A DNA stretch of 61,888 nucleotides, counting the filler, from Syncephalis fuscata S228 (Eukaryota > Fungi > Zoopagomycota), in NCBI GenBank assembly GCA_025786725.1. It is 5 parts of 5 records of this genome, joined end to end, with 100 filler letters (N's around TTAATTAATTAA, not from the genome) between each part and the next. Parts side by side here need not be neighbours in the genome. Positions count along the whole stretch, not along the records: positions 1 to 17,713 come from JAHLTZ010000192.1; positions 17,814 to 30,487 come from JAHLTZ010000262.1; 3 more parts are not named here. One strand, written 5' to 3'. The translations under genes and the position numbers were made by a program. Below the pieces are notes generated by a model. The model did no database searches, had not been told where the DNA came from, and saw nothing but the letters and a program-made list of their open reading frames with translations. Position 1 is the first letter of the stretch. The number at the start of each line of letters is the position of its first letter. Below are positions 12,483 to 27,166 of this stretch, one piece after another.

Positions 12483-13443
12483 TTGAATCAACAATCGCGA
12501 TATTATACAAGGCCAGCCACTTGTTGGATTCATCAAACGTCTTTATCGCGGCCCATAGCTATTGGACGGCCAAGTATAGCTAGTTATTCATTCAATTATC
12601 AGAGGCTACAACAACAACAACAACGTATTCTAGTGCGTGCCTATCACCATCGTGGTCCTTCTTTTTGGAAACAATTAACACCACTTTCCAAAGTTGCTGT
12701 TGTTGTAGGCGTCGGAGGAGTTACACTATTTGTATTTCCACCACTTTTGTTTATTGGTGGTCTAGGCTATGGCGTTTACCATCTAGCTAAACGTGTTAAT
12801 GGCATATCATCCTCTTCTTCTGCTAGACATGAAAAGAAACGGCCACCTGATGCGGAGGATATAATACGTAATTGGTTCCATCGACGTCCGCCTACTGCTT
12901 CATCCACCTCAGGAAGCGGTATGCATCCTTTAGTGCCATTTGGTCCAATAGGACTGTTCATAACGGGTATAGCTCGTCTAGTACAAGGTTTAGCAGGATC
13001 GATAGGCCAGGTGAAGATACATGCTGATAAAACACACCGTGCTTCAATAGAACAAATTGAACACGTTCTATCAAGTAATTCGAATCGATCTGCTGAAGAA
13101 GCATTATCAAATCTTTTAGAAAACAACTCAATTAGTCATTACGATATGATTCACCGTATAGTATGGCGATGCAGCAAGAGACAGCCAATAGTTCAAATGG
13201 TCGCCTATTTCTTTTATGGCTGTGGAAATTCGATTTGTTATTAGATCGCACCGTGGTGATTTATTAGCAGATGTAACGGCGATCGGTCAACCACGGCATA
13301 ATAATGATATTCATTTACAGCGACTCTATCTACAATCGTTACGTACAGGTCAACGACTCGAATTACCGTTAAATAACCGACATCGAGGCGGTGGTGGTGG
13401 TGGCAATGATAAAATCATTGATGCCGATTATCGTGTTTTATAA
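12483..13443 (+). CDS. Hypothetical membrane protein, probably mitochondrial; apparent frameshift near 13140-13216; true start uncertain (possibly 12388)
   Basis: Two overlapping ORFs (253 aa and 75 aa); basic presequence-like N-terminus ending RAYHH; hydrophobic VAVVVGVGGVTLFVFPPLLFIGGLGYGV; C-terminal IIDADYRVL. Confidence 0.65.
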
Positions 13444-13766
13444 GTGTCATTTTATTCGTTTAATAAATCAATTAACTAAATAGTTGTAAATAACCAAATT
13501 AAATGGTTTATAAATATACTAGTACTAGTAATAGCCAATTAAATATTACGATGTATTTGCTAACAAAGTAAGCAAGTAAACAAATCAATTTAATATTCAA
13601 TTAAACAGTTCGTAAATCAATAACTATCACTTTTATGCCAATCAGTGCCTTATGTTTTGTTTTGTTTTTCCATCTACACAGAACGCGTCAATAGACACAC
13701 ACACACGGTCACTGCTTGTTTTTACTTGCCACGTCTACGATTCTTTCTATTTCTTTATGATTCAAT

Positions 13767-16700
13767 ATGGAAAAGACTAGGCTACAGTCTGTGGGTCATC
13801 ACTTTGATGCATCGGTACTTACCACGCATAGCGGTACCTTTGGCGGTGGTTTTGCCACAGGCCATCGACGACCACAATGGATTTATCGATACGATGCACA
13901 ACAGATCGAGGTGCGAACTATGAATAAATTGGCAGAGCATATATTTGCACGTATAACTACAAGCCAACTAGCGTGCGATCTAGCAGATGAAGTAAGTATT
14001 TACGCCACAATATGATATAGTTTTCTTATGTATGACGTCACAGTTAGAAATTGAATATGTGTGCAGTGCTACGCTCTGCAACCTTGACGTGTTGCTTATT
14101 TGCACGGCCGATCGCTTCTCTAATGAAAGTCGTCTATTTGTATACGATCCTTGTCTAGGACGTCAACGACAACTACCGTTACCAAAAGGCCGATCCATCA
14201 CCTGTGCTGCAGTGTCTGCACCCTTTCAGATTCAAGTAAGATACATGTAGCGATTAGATGCATACATTCACTTATATTCCAAATAGACACCGTATGAAAT
14301 GGAAGAAGAGAACCAGAATGAGGATTGTACAAAGACAATACAATTGCTACTGCTAGGCACTGGTACATCTGAAATGTATATTAATCATTTACTATTATCG
14401 GATGATCCATTTGGTATAGATCCACTGCTGGATGCAAATGTAAGCTAATTCAATATTTATTATAATATAGTATTTAATATAATGTTATTTATATTAGCAC
14501 TATAAACGTCTTCCAGAATCGCATAGTGGTCCAATTACCTCGATTGCTTGTTGGACCGATGTGCTAACTGAACAGAAACCCTCCAATATTATATGCATTG
14601 CATGGGGTACAAGCCGTGGTAAAGTGTTGCTAGTTGAGTATCATTTTAATCAAGTAATGTCCAATGGCAGTATTGAAGATCAATTTTACTATATTGAAGC
14701 GATTGAAATAGCCGATCATGGTAAGTAACATATATATTATTAATTAATCATTGTTAATAAGCAACAATAGGCCAAATCACCCAGATTATTATTCAACCAT
14801 TAGAAAATGGCGATACTATATCGGATAGTGCAGAAGAAGCATCAGATGATGGACAAAGTGATGTGGCCAAAGGATGGTATTGTATTGTGGCACAGGATGG
14901 CACTCAGACACGTGGTAAACCGTATGTAATCTATTGTTGTCATAGACCGGCGATTAACGTATCAATATTAAATCTATAGATCTATAGTACCATTGGTCAG
15001 TGTATGTAAAACGATACCACACAAAAGAAGAAATGGATGGCGGTGGGACATGTCACGCCATTTAGTGATAGTGCTCGAACCGGCATTTATGGACGAACAC
15101 TTTCTATGGCCTTAGTTAAAAGTAATAGAATTGAGCAGTAATAGAATGTAGTATTAACTATCGAGTATAGAACAAGATGCTTTATTGCTCTATTCCGTCT
15201 ATTATGCCAAGCATGATCACCATATTGAAGGAAGTACAAGAATGGCTGTTTCGTTACTCGCGTCCAACGGTGAAGGTGTTCAGGCACATGTTAAACGATA
15301 CAATCTTAGTAATTTGAATTCAGAACATTTTCTTGTTAGTAATACGTCAAATATAGCTTATTAATCTACACTTACTAAGTATAGCTATTTATTTAGACTA
15401 TTTATCCCGTAGAAACATCTGAAGAGTGTTTCCTCTTGTGTGCTGATCAAATGATATCAATGCCGGCCTCACCAGCACTCTCGTTAGAAATAGAAGATGA
15501 AGAAGAAACAAATCAACGTAAATTAGAACAAGCCAAGGTAAGTCATTATATTGACAGTATTGACATAAACACTAACAGCAATAATATTAATAAATTATTT
15601 ACGTTCTAGATGGATTCTGATCATGCAATCGCTCTATTTAAACTATTTCCATACGATAACAAAACAAAAAAGAATATTACAGCAGCACGCAAACTATTTG
15701 GTGGCCATTTATGTATTGACCGTCTATTAACATTTGCCGGTGTTGAAATAGGCAGTCTATATCCACCAAGTAATGAAGGCCAATTAAAAAAGTTGATCTG
15801 CGCCATTTACGAGTGTGATTTGGATCAAATTAAGAAAGATAGTATTGTAAGTAGTAATTGACAGTATAGATATGTAATTTATTTAATATCTATTTAGGTA
15901 TATTATTTGATACGTGAATGTCAAGATAATACAATTATCAATAGCTTTATACAAAGTCGGTCTATTCCACTGCCATATCAACAAGCTATCACTGGTTATT
16001 GGTTACTGGATCACGAACGGTATAAGGTATAGATATGCATAATATACTATGTGTATTATAACTAATTATTATTATGATAATAATGGATATATATATATAT
16101 ATAATAGGAAAGTGTTACTTGGTTGTGTATGCCAACAGTTAGTGTTGATTGGCCCGATGACGTATTGGCCATTTTATGTCAATCTCAACTGTACAATTTG
16201 GCTGAACAATTTATACAAATGAGACAATGGAAACCAAGCTGTTTGACTGGTGTACAGCGCTTATTTGATACACTATTACATACCGATTTATTACAAGCTT
16301 TATTGTTACAGGTAACATATGATGGATATAATATGAATTAATAGAATCTAATATTGTTATACTATATTATTATTAGCGCCAATATAGTGGACATGAGGTT
16401 AATGAACACGGTCAACTATTTACACAATTACTCGACTATTGCTTTAATGGTAATTACACTATTTGTTTAATTAAATACTTTGATACCAATATTACTATAA
16501 TGACAATTAGGTGAAGATATGAAAACAAAGTTAAATCAACTAATGCGTGCAACATTGAACAAAGAAGAAAAACAACTGGCCGAATATTGTGAAGATTTCG
16601 AAGCACCTTACCGTCTAGATTTTCTTATCATGTATCATGTTCATCATATCAACTATGTAGAGGCTATACAGCTGAACGAACGAGCACGACAACGGGAGGA

Positions 16701-17690
16701 TCCACGACGTGCTGTTAGTAGACAAGTAATGAGAAGAAACGCCATTATTGAGAATCTACGTTCTTTACTACCGCGTGTACAGCGCAATGCCATGGAGGTG
16801 GGCATGTCTTTAAATCAAACACTAGGCCAATCATCTCAAAACCAACATTTCCACTAGTTACACCGCTGTTATCTTCAGTATCAAACGCACGTCATTTGCC
16901 ACCAACGGCACTATCTTCATTGATGCAGTCACCACATGGATCCTATGGACCAGGTATGGGATTGATTCGACATAGTATAGTTGTATATACTTACTAACTA
17001 AACTAACACTTGATAATATTAACATGAATAGTTGTAGCGAGTGGTTTACCGCCTTTATCAACATCCAAAGATATCAACCAAATTGAAGGTCAATCAGCCG
17101 AGGAAAGTGAAATCAGTTTGTTACGAGTTATAGCCTTGCACCAAGCACGACAGCAGTCACCTCATTTAGCATTGAGTCAACTACTAGAACAAGAACAGCA
17201 ACAGCAACAATCTACGACGTCAGTAAATAAGTTTTCTTCTTCCAATACTGCTAGTGCAGAAACAGCTAACGTATCAGCACATAAGCGTAATCAATCTAAT
17301 ACAAGCAATAGTGCTGCAAAACGTGTTCAATCGCCTGAATGGTGAGTCAATATCATTAAATCAACACTGTATCTAATTATCATTTATTAAACAATAGGGC
17401 CAAGAGAATGGATGCATCATTATCGCCAGTCATGATAGGACATGAAAATGAAGACTCATATAGTAATGATACAGCAAGTAATTATCAACGACGTAAATCC
17501 ACGCCATTGCCACCACTACGACGCAATTCACCATTTCCACCTCGTACACCACAATCACCACACCAAGACTCATCGAATGGATCTCGTAAGTATATTGTTA
17601 TAGCTGTTATATATCAATGATACTGAGTCTTTGAATATATATAGCCCATCCTTCTGGTCTAGCATCTAGACAACTACGTGCATCACAAAG
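13767..17690 (+). CDS. ELYS/MEL-28-like nucleoporin; many exons; truncated by the contig end
   Basis: ELYS-domain signature LYPP....LKKLICAI..DQIKKDSIVYYLIRE..IP..YQQAITGYWLLDH..WLCMPTVSVDWPDDVL..YHVHHINYVEAI; beta-rich N-terminal region; low-complexity C-terminus. Confidence 0.8.
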
Positions 17691-17713
17691 GTAAGCATTT
17701 ATAATTAACTAGT

Positions 17714-17813
17714 NNNNNNNNNNNNNNNNNNNNNNNNNNNNNNNNNNNNNNNNNNNNTTAATTAATTAANNNNNNNNNNNNNNNNNNNNNNNNNNNNNNN
17801 NNNNNNNNNNNNN
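17714..17813. other. Artificial contig linker (N44-TTAATTAATTAA-N44)
   Basis: Six-frame stop spacer between N runs; same structure as the other three linkers. Confidence 0.98.
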
Positions 17814-19675
17814 TTCTATATTTTTAACCAGCTGATTTCCAAACTTGGATCTAAGAATGACATCCGGTGCCATGTAGCTAGTGGTACCACACATATTATC
17901 AAGCATGGGCGCTTCTGCGTTAAGTTCACGCGCTGTGCCGAATCCGTAATTAAAATAGACGGATACTTGACTGGACGCCGAACCAGGACATTTTCTGGCT
18001 AGTGCATGGTTAGAATTAAACTAATATATATTAAACATAGCTAATTACCTTCAAATCTAAGCGATGGCCATTGCAACAACAATAGTTTTGTTAGTTATGT
18101 AAATAAATACCATCTTTAATTTACCACAATGTACGATGCCTTTACTATGCAAATGCTGGTTTAGAGTTAGTAACAAATCAGTAAATATAGTTGTTGCTTA
18201 CCTGACTCCTTCGAGCACTTGCTTGAAATATGCTTGGCTTCCTGTTCGGATGCGGCCATAGCGCACGCAATAATCGAACAGGTCGCCACCAGCTGCATAC
18301 TCAAACAGCAAGTAGTTGTGCATTTCCGTATCGCATGCATCAACTAGCTTGATTATGTTCGAGTGACCTTGTGCAGTGGTAATCACATCCTTTCTTATTG
18401 AAACTATTTAAAATGTTATTTCTATTGCGTTCATAACTTTCTTCTTGTCGCAGATCTTAACGGCAATGGGCGTCTTATTGCCGCGTGTTTCCCCATAATA
18501 GACGTCACCAAAAGAGCCACTAAACTAAGCTATAAACAATATAGTTTAAATTAGACAAATACCACCTGCCAAGCAACTGCTCTGTTACAGCATATTGCTG
18601 TCGACGACCTAACTTTGTGTTAGTTGTCAAAATTATTATAACTAATACTATTAGCTTACTGTGCCGAAATCACAACTTTGTCGCTAATTCTTAATTCCAG
18701 CTTATTGATTTGTATACCATAAGTACTAGTATTAGTAATGGTTAGCCTTGCTTATTGTGGATAATAAAACTTACTATTTTTCATCAAGCCGGACATAACT
18801 ATTATTTTTATAATGGTCGCAACTCCTTGTCGAATTCCCTACCATTCACTAAATACATAGTCAGCACCGTGTATAATTATTAATTGTTGTACTACCAATA
18901 ATGTTGTTGACCATCAAATTCTAACAGCATATTTAGCACTAGTATTGATTAGTAGTAATTACTTACTCTTATTTTCATATATTTCTCCTAAATATGTGTT
19001 ATAATGTTATTACTATTTAACACAAAGTTATACTACTTACCATGAATATGCAAAAGTATTCGGTTTTGCTGGCCCCTGACCTTCTTCTGTGCTAAATAAC
19101 ATAAACCATTATATCAGTAAAAGCTGTACAATGTTGTCTATTAGTGCTATATCGAATCAAACCAGAATAGCCTAATATGTATACATTTGCTATACAATAG
19201 CAAACCATAATATAGCAATGAAAGCCCATTATTATGCGCTGTATAGCTTACTTGTTTTTGTCTTGAGAAAGAGTAAACGGCTTGTTCCGTTTTAACAGGA
19301 ACTCTTCAGATATATGGTTAATTTAACTTATTCATTAATAATGTGTTTACTTACCCATGCCTTCAACGCTAAATACCTTCAACCCAGCCTACTGTTTCTG
19401 CCTTCTCTGCTTCACTCATTTCTGCCCATGCAGTAGGGAGTCTTTCGTAAATATCTCCTACTGAATTGTTGGGCGCGACAGATGATGAAGCAAGAGTAGA
19501 CAGATGTGTGTTGCTGTTGCTTGAGCGCTACAGATAGCTCACAAGCAACAGCATTTGTAGCGGAGTGTATCAGGCTCGCTACAAGTGGTAAAAAGAGATG
19601 GCAGTAAAATGTAGGGGAATCATTTAAAGACGAAGTAGTATTGCTACAGCTAAGTGAATTACTTGGGCTGTCCAT
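17814..19675 (-). CDS. FHA-like + Ser/Thr kinase (Chk2/Mek1-like), many small exons, 3' end lost at the contig edge; frameshifted (error or pseudogene)
   Basis: YAVTEQLLGSGSFGDVY, IAVKIC, HSNIIKL, EYAAGGDLFDY, HSKGIVHCDLKPENVL, IT-D(F)G with one base missing (ACGGATTCGGC), CGTTSYMAPDV. Confidence 0.8.
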
Positions 19676-22526
19676 GATGTATATAAGTTTAGATATTCAA
19701 GAATTGTTTAAATACTGCAAGATAAAGGCAGAATGTAAGTATAATATGATAAAAGCAAGTACAGCGTCTTTACAAAAAATGAAAAAGCTTATATAGTATT
19801 AATGGTTTCAACTGACGCACACACTTTACTTTTGATAATATCGCTACACTGGCAAATACTGCATGTAATTCAGAGTATATTTGCGTAACTCTGATTGAGG
19901 GCATTGATGTATTTTAAAATTTTTAATTGGCTAGTATATGAAACATACACCACCAAGCTACTGTTAGCTGAACTTGCGATTTTGTCCGCGATAACGCCAT
20001 CAACCGATTAGGATACGGACAGTGCGCACACATACACTAGCGCGATTTACCCACTTCCGGTCTTAACATTCTAAGTATCATCTGTGCACCAATGATGAAT
20101 TATTTGTATCGGAGTTTGAATACCAAACAATTTTATGAAAATGTTGCAGATATAAGCAATACGAGACAACAGCTCATTTGAATATTAAATAGTGTTTATT
20201 AGTCTCATTTTGTAGCCACAATGTGGCAGAATGCTTATATGAAATTATATAAACATATACTATTGATGGTGTACGATAAATTGATTATGAACATGGACGA
20301 TGTTGCAACATTGGTGCAATTTAAACTCCGATTTGAACAGCGGCTTTTGACAAAGAAAGTCGTCAGCTGGATGAAACTGTTCGTAAATGGACGGTTACAC
20401 GTACTCGGGAACGCAACTTGAAAAAACCCCAGAAATTTGGTTTATGAAAAACAAAGTGTTTGGTTTTATTTAAGGTTACTAAATACCGGTTAATATGTTA
20501 GGTATTAATTAATTTTAAGTTGATCATGCATATTCATCAACTGATGATGTTATAAATAGCATAATTGTTTTAAATTCTAATACACAATACACACAGTGTG
20601 CTAATCTTTCTAATTAGCTTGTATATTTGCTGGCACTAGTATATGCACGCTCATAAAAAAGGTGTTACCCCGATTCAAAAGCAGCTACCCTGATTCAGTA
20701 GTTCCGCGATTGTACTACCATGATAGGCAACTCGTATCGGCATTGCCTGTCCACACACACTGAACAATTTTCCAGTAAGCTCTACATCCGCATTCGAACA
20801 TTTTTTGTTTCGCCGAACCATCGCACGGTTCAATTGGATAAAGTGGCACTCTGTCTTGCAATGACGTGCTTTCTTAGTGAGTTAGCCATGTACGCTACAC
20901 GATATCACACAGCATTCCCTTCTTTAAGCTGGTTTATTCCGCTTTTTTGTCTGTCTCATTGTGACCGATGGATTCAATTCATTGGATGGTATTAAATGCC
21001 TGCTTTCGCACTAATACATACAATGGCCTATATAAAGCACTTGCATTACTCACTGAATCCATAACCTCAACTACGCCTTCTATTTCTACACTATTCTTTA
21101 ACTAATTACTACACATTCCGTCATTCTGTACATTCGTAGACTGGAATGCTAAGTATTATTCAAATATTTATATGGCGCATTGTAAACTGCTTGCTTGTGA
21201 AGCCATACAATATGCAACTGCTCGGATACTTTAAGCTGTCTAGAAGAAGTACTCACTCGTTATAACCATGAGAGATCGATGGTACAACGTCAAACAACCT
21301 AATCTATGCTGTAGAACACTATGTGTATTGTATGGTGGTGCTTGTATATACACTCAGGTGTGCGTATATACATATCACTATTCCTTGCTTGTGGGTGATG
21401 TTAAGCAGTTGTCATAATGACATTGTTGTTTTAGCAGTTAAAGCGCCTTAATTGGCACAACTTTGGTTTAAGGTGCTATACTGTTTGTGCCATCTAAGCT
21501 GTTGTCTTTAACTGTCTAGAATGGTGGTGTGTTGTGTTGGCTGTATAATATCGCAACAGTGTGCTATTGCACTGCTGTTATTGCATTTTAGATTTCTTGT
21601 TTGTGTGTAGGTGGCCTAGACGTGGGTATGGGCTCAGCGTTATTGGTTGTTCGTTTCTGTTTATCTAGTCATGTATGTCGCCTGGATAAATAGTTTTCTG
21701 ATATTGCTTGTGTTATAAGCAATGGTAAAACAGCAACCACGGCACATCATGATTATGATAGCTGAAGACCGTATAGACCGACGCTGATGGGTGGGAGTCT
21801 AGGTCGTCAACGTACATCAAATAGGCCATTCCTGATGCAGTTGTTTTGCTATGATTGCATGTGGACTGTTGAATGCTATAGATATTTATTTAAATTTATC
21901 AACAAAACGACGCAGTGACCATTATAAAGGTAAATACTATTGTATCTTACTGAACACTTACTAATACGAAATAACATACATTAGCGAATGTCTGCTGAAA
22001 TTGCGATTATGCATACTGTACTAACATGCACAGGTCGTAAGAATCAATATATTACTAACTGTTCAGCAATCTAATATGATCACTACTGGAAACTTGAGCC
22101 AACGCAAATTATGCGTTTTACTCGATACTGTTTTGACTCTATTTACTTATACTGGAGATGTATATGTAAACTAGGATTCTAGACTTTTCTTTTTGCCATG
22201 GTCCATATCTTTATTAATACAATAAAGCTATTTTTAGTTATATTCTATAGCATCTGTAGACAATGTAATGTCACAATGCCACTTTTTGAATAATAAGCTA
22301 GCATGCTAGTACAACTACAAATATAGCATCCAATTAGCAGTAATATCAGTAATTTATTTAATTAGCTGTATTACTTATACTAATAAATGTGTGCTGTGTG
22401 CTATTCCTTTTAGTTGTAATATAAAGTGTGTGGACCATGTTATTCATTAAATTTCAATACAACGTGATTACATATTTTATGTATGTTGTCATAAACTATT
22501 CTATACCATTTTATTAACTATATAAT

Positions 22527-23250
22527 GTAATTTGGGAACAAATGAGTAAATATAGCAGTATTCGTGTAATTAAACTAGATATTTGTTCTATCGAACATGG
22601 GACGGGTGGTGAGTTTTATTCAATGCTCAAATCGTTTAATCATACTGTTTGTTTGGTGGTTAAATGATTATATTTAATAACACTTAATTTATTGGACATG
22701 ATGGTAGATGATGAATGACATCAATCATCAAATACCCATCATCATAAATCCATTATCCAGTATGCATATACTCAGTACGCATATATACTCTATTCACCTA
22801 TATCATTTCTATTTCACTCCACACTACTATATACCGTTATATGATATACTAGACACGTTCTAATTATTATATGCAGCAATAAACTTTACTCTCTCCGCTC
22901 ATCACACTATATGCACTGTAACTTTAACACCACTTTTATGATTTCTTACGTATATTTATTACTTCATATGGCATTCTATACTCGCCTATTCTTCCTTTAT
23001 CCAATGCTACTTTTATTTTTGTTCTAGCTTTATTATTTATAAAGTTCGACTAATGTCGGCCATTGATCATGCATATATGCTTAGTAACTATACCACTGCT
23101 GTCCATACTTTTTAATTTGTATATTATTTTATTATCCAGTAAATACGCGCTAGCTATTACCGTTGTGTGTTTGGTTCTAGCACCATTATTATAAAAGTTT
23201 ACGCAAGTTGCTCATCTGCTCATGCATATATGCTCGATAGCTTTAACAAA
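22527..23250 (+). repeat. Diverged copy of the dispersed modular repeat family (homologous to 32390-33125)
   Basis: tttgggaacaaatgag..tctatcgaacatgggacgggtggtgagt..gacatcaatcatcaaatacccatcatcata..ttatccagtatgcatata..ctagacac..ttttgttctagctttattatt..gactaatgtcgg. Confidence 0.85.
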
Positions 23251-25214
23251 GCTAGTTGCCTTTTTAATTAGCATAACTGATAGCTGTTATGCTATTTTAC
23301 CGTACAGTTACTATGCGCCATCAATAACTACTGTCAGCTTGACGCCAGCTTTAATATTGACAAGTTTGACTTGTTTCGCTTAGTCATTCCTTCCCAAGGC
23401 GCACTATAGCTTTAATGCTGCTATTCATACAATTACTTTTGGTATTTATTTGCTCTATATTATTGTATGCTTAATGGCTATGCTTTATTTGCAGAAGCTA
23501 TACGTTTCTTGTTAGCTGTTTGTTGCAAAGTTTAGCTCTGAGCACTTCTTTTACTTATTACACAAACGCGCAAGTATAATAACCTTCTTACACCGCTAAT
23601 GCTCTTTTTACTGTTTTCCAGCACCGATATGTTGCAATGGTATGAGACGAGCCATTGATGAACTGGTATAAGCTATTACACCAAATAAAGCTTGTTATTA
23701 CAAAATAGATATTCGCTATGGGTGTGTGTATACGTGGTTTAAAAGTGTCGTATAGCTTATTGCAGAGTAGTCATGTATTGTGCTATAGCTACTTGAGCAT
23801 AAGGACAAAGTGTACGTATATTTACGATGTGGCCGTAGACAGTGCTGGTTACTCTATTCGACGCAATTAAAAGCAATAATAAACTTGGCCAAAAATAATT
23901 TGCCCTAAGATCTTATTAGATGGATTGCATTAGTATTCAACATATAAGCCATTGGTATTTACTGTAACTACAAGCTTGAAACTGGTCCCATTTAGCTGCT
24001 TTGAATGCTGCCTAGATGATCAGCATTGTTTAAAATAAAGCCATACTTGATATTGCCAAATAAACAAACTTACTATGTTATTTTTAAAGTTTAGCATATA
24101 TCATTTATACGCTTAATCGGTTAAGCCGTGTAATCTAGATTTAATCCATCAGCTTATTGCGTTGTAAAAAGCTTACCAATATTAATGTTCAGACAATGTA
24201 ATGATAGCAATAAAGACTTTTACAATAGGTGTACAAGAAAACACATGGTTTACTACATATTACACTAATAGTTACATGCACTGAAGATCCTATTGAAATA
24301 GCTGTATTTGTTTATACTGAAGACTAAAAGCAATTATGTAGTACATTGGTCATAGACGGTTTTAGATGACTCATGTTTTATTACGACATTTTCCACAACT
24401 ATCACAGTATATAAGCTGGCTTTACCGCTCCTCCAAACCAACATTGCACCTTTATCTTCTCTTTCTACTCTTTACCACTCGATATACGCTACACTCATTC
24501 GCTCTTACTGCCATTTGTTGTCCAATATGCTTTGCACTCGCCAGACGTCTAATGATTACAAGATCACTGCTGGTTGCTGCTATATGTACTAAGGTCGGTA
24601 AACGGGCGTGGGTGGTGCGATGCAGTTGTGCCTTTTGGCTATGGAGCGCTGGATATGTAGTGTTCTAGAAGCTATATATCACGCAGTGTGTACTCCAGCA
24701 TGCTGTAGAAGGCGCTTGTCTGCACATAGTTGATTGGTCTTTTGTATAGTAACATTGGTACGCTTACCATGTGTTTGTTTGCGAGGTTACCTTGCGGAGT
24801 ATCTGGCTGTTGAGGCGACATAAGGTTTGCGCTTGAAGATATCTGATATCTGATGGTGCAGAGCAAATGTTGTTTGGACAACCACTACTTATTGCAGTGT
24901 AGTCAAGCAGCAAACATCATTGGCACATATGGCTCATCTCGTTTACTGACCCTCTTCAATAGATATAGATTTAAGAGATATTTAGATTTGGCAAGAACAG
25001 GGCCACAATATGCTATACAGTCATCCGGTTTGTTAGTATATCATTATTTATGTATTTCTTTGTTAATAAATAAGAAATGCTACATTTATTTATTTATACT
25101 ACTATTAGTTGCGTTCATATAAATACAGACATCTTTCCATTTAATAATAGTACTAGTTGTTTCTGCTATTGTTATTACACTGCTAATAAACAATTTATTA
25201 AGCCATTGAATGTG

Positions 25215-25620
25215 CTTTTAAGGCAAATGATTAAATTCGATGCATTTATGCGGTTGAACTAAACAATTGCTCTGTTGAATATAATAACGAGTGGTGCGTG
25301 AATCAAAGTTTAAAATGTTTATTATCATAGATTTATTATCCAGTACGCTTATATCCACCATTTACTTGTATCATTCGTCTATTATCGCATACTACTATAT
25401 ATTATTCTATATTATAGTAATTACGATTTATTTGGAACTGTTTTGCCGTCTGATGTTAGTTCTGCTCGTTATTATTTTTGTTTATCTCGCTCATTTGTTC
25501 ATGCATATATGCACGCTATAATGTTAATACTACTATTTACACACATTTGTTTTGTTTTGTTCTTGTCTTATATCGCTGCATAGTCTAATGGCTAGCATTA
25601 TTGGTAAAAGTTGCTTGCTT
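25215..25620 (+). repeat. Diverged copy of the same repeat family
   Basis: caaatgatt..tctgttgaatata..gagtggtg..atcatagatttattatccagtac. Confidence 0.65.
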
Positions 25621-27166
25621 GTCGCTAGCTGTATTTGTTAAAAATTCAACTCATACTGCTTCTATTGCTTATTGAGTGTATGCATAGTAACTTTATCAAG
25701 ATCATGTATTATTTAAAGTAAATCTAGCTATTGCAGGATGAGTGTTGGCCAAGGATGTAGCATATATATAATTATTATAATTAGCCTATATTGTTTATTG
25801 AAAGTAATCACAAAGTGTTTTATAGCTATTCAAGCATAACAATAAAGCACAGACACAGTAGCAATAGAATTGGTGATAATAATAGTTATGACGCACGTTG
25901 ATTATTGATTCTACTACATTACAGCGACAGTTAAGCGCAATTTGCATACTACTACAGTATACATAGCGTAACAAGCATATGTTGTTTAGAATACAATGTC
26001 AGTAAATTATAGATATGCTTGGGCATTTGAGATTAGTAAGCAAGCTGAATGTTTTGGCATAGTATCAACCGATACGGATGGCAACGCGTTCAAACAGCTG
26101 AGTCCTTAGTGCGCAATAGATTACTGATCGCCAGACAACTTGTGATTTATGCTGCAGCACTTGAAGCGGTTGCAACTTTTACTTATAATGTTGCCAAGTA
26201 TAGCTACGTGTACAATTAGATATATATATACATTACTATTTGTCGTATTCTGCCAAGTACTTGTGCAATACTGTGTCTAGTATGTCTAGTAAACTACAAC
26301 CATACCTACCGAGTACACTGATATACACATTCATGCATGTATTTTACATATAGCAGAAACCATCAGCTATTTATAATGTAAAACAGCAAGCTATTACAAA
26401 CTGTTGTAGTAGTGAACTGGCTACAATAAGCTAAATGATATGTATCTGCATCAGTAACAAAACTACGGTAATTACAAATCACTTACCAACAAACCACCTT
26501 TAAACCAAGTTTTAATATAAACGTGCTGTATAAAGCATTGGCATTGTTTATGGTTGTTAAAAGTATACAGATATACTGGAATATAAATCAATCAAATAAG
26601 TAACGAAGCAATTGTATAAATAAAAATACGCTGTATATTATGAATATTAAACTATATACAAGTGACTTGAATAAACACCATTATATGTTATTTCAGCTAC
26701 ATGTATTGTGTAAATGATTTGCTATTGTTTCAGCCGTGTACACGCGTTATTAATAGGCGCTATTAATACGCGATAGGCATGGTGGTGGCGTATTTATGAA
26801 AAGTAAACACAAGACCATGTGCTTTGTCCATTTGTTGTTGTGATCACGCCATCCAGTTTATCGGACTATTTATCGGTTTAGCAAGGTGTACACGGACCAT
26901 TTGATATTCATGTCCGATGCAGGTTGTTTTGGCTAGTGAGATTGCATTGAGCTGCATGAGTACAGGAAGATGCTACAAGTTGTGTATACAACTACTCAAT
27001 ACAATAAACGATAATACAAAGTATTGGATGTGAGTGTAAGATCATCCATTCACTTGAACTAAACAGTTTGGTTGGTTATGCTACTTTATTGCTCGCGTTT
27101 CATATACTGTTTACATGATGTTAATTATCCGTTATGTGCGTTTTGCTATAGTTATACTTGATTATT

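Noticed and set aside
26743-26772. Hairpin CGCG-T-TATTAATAG-gcg-CTATTAATA-CGCG as a Helitron 3' end
   Set aside because: AT-rich stem, no CTRR terminus at the expected distance, and no second copy seen.
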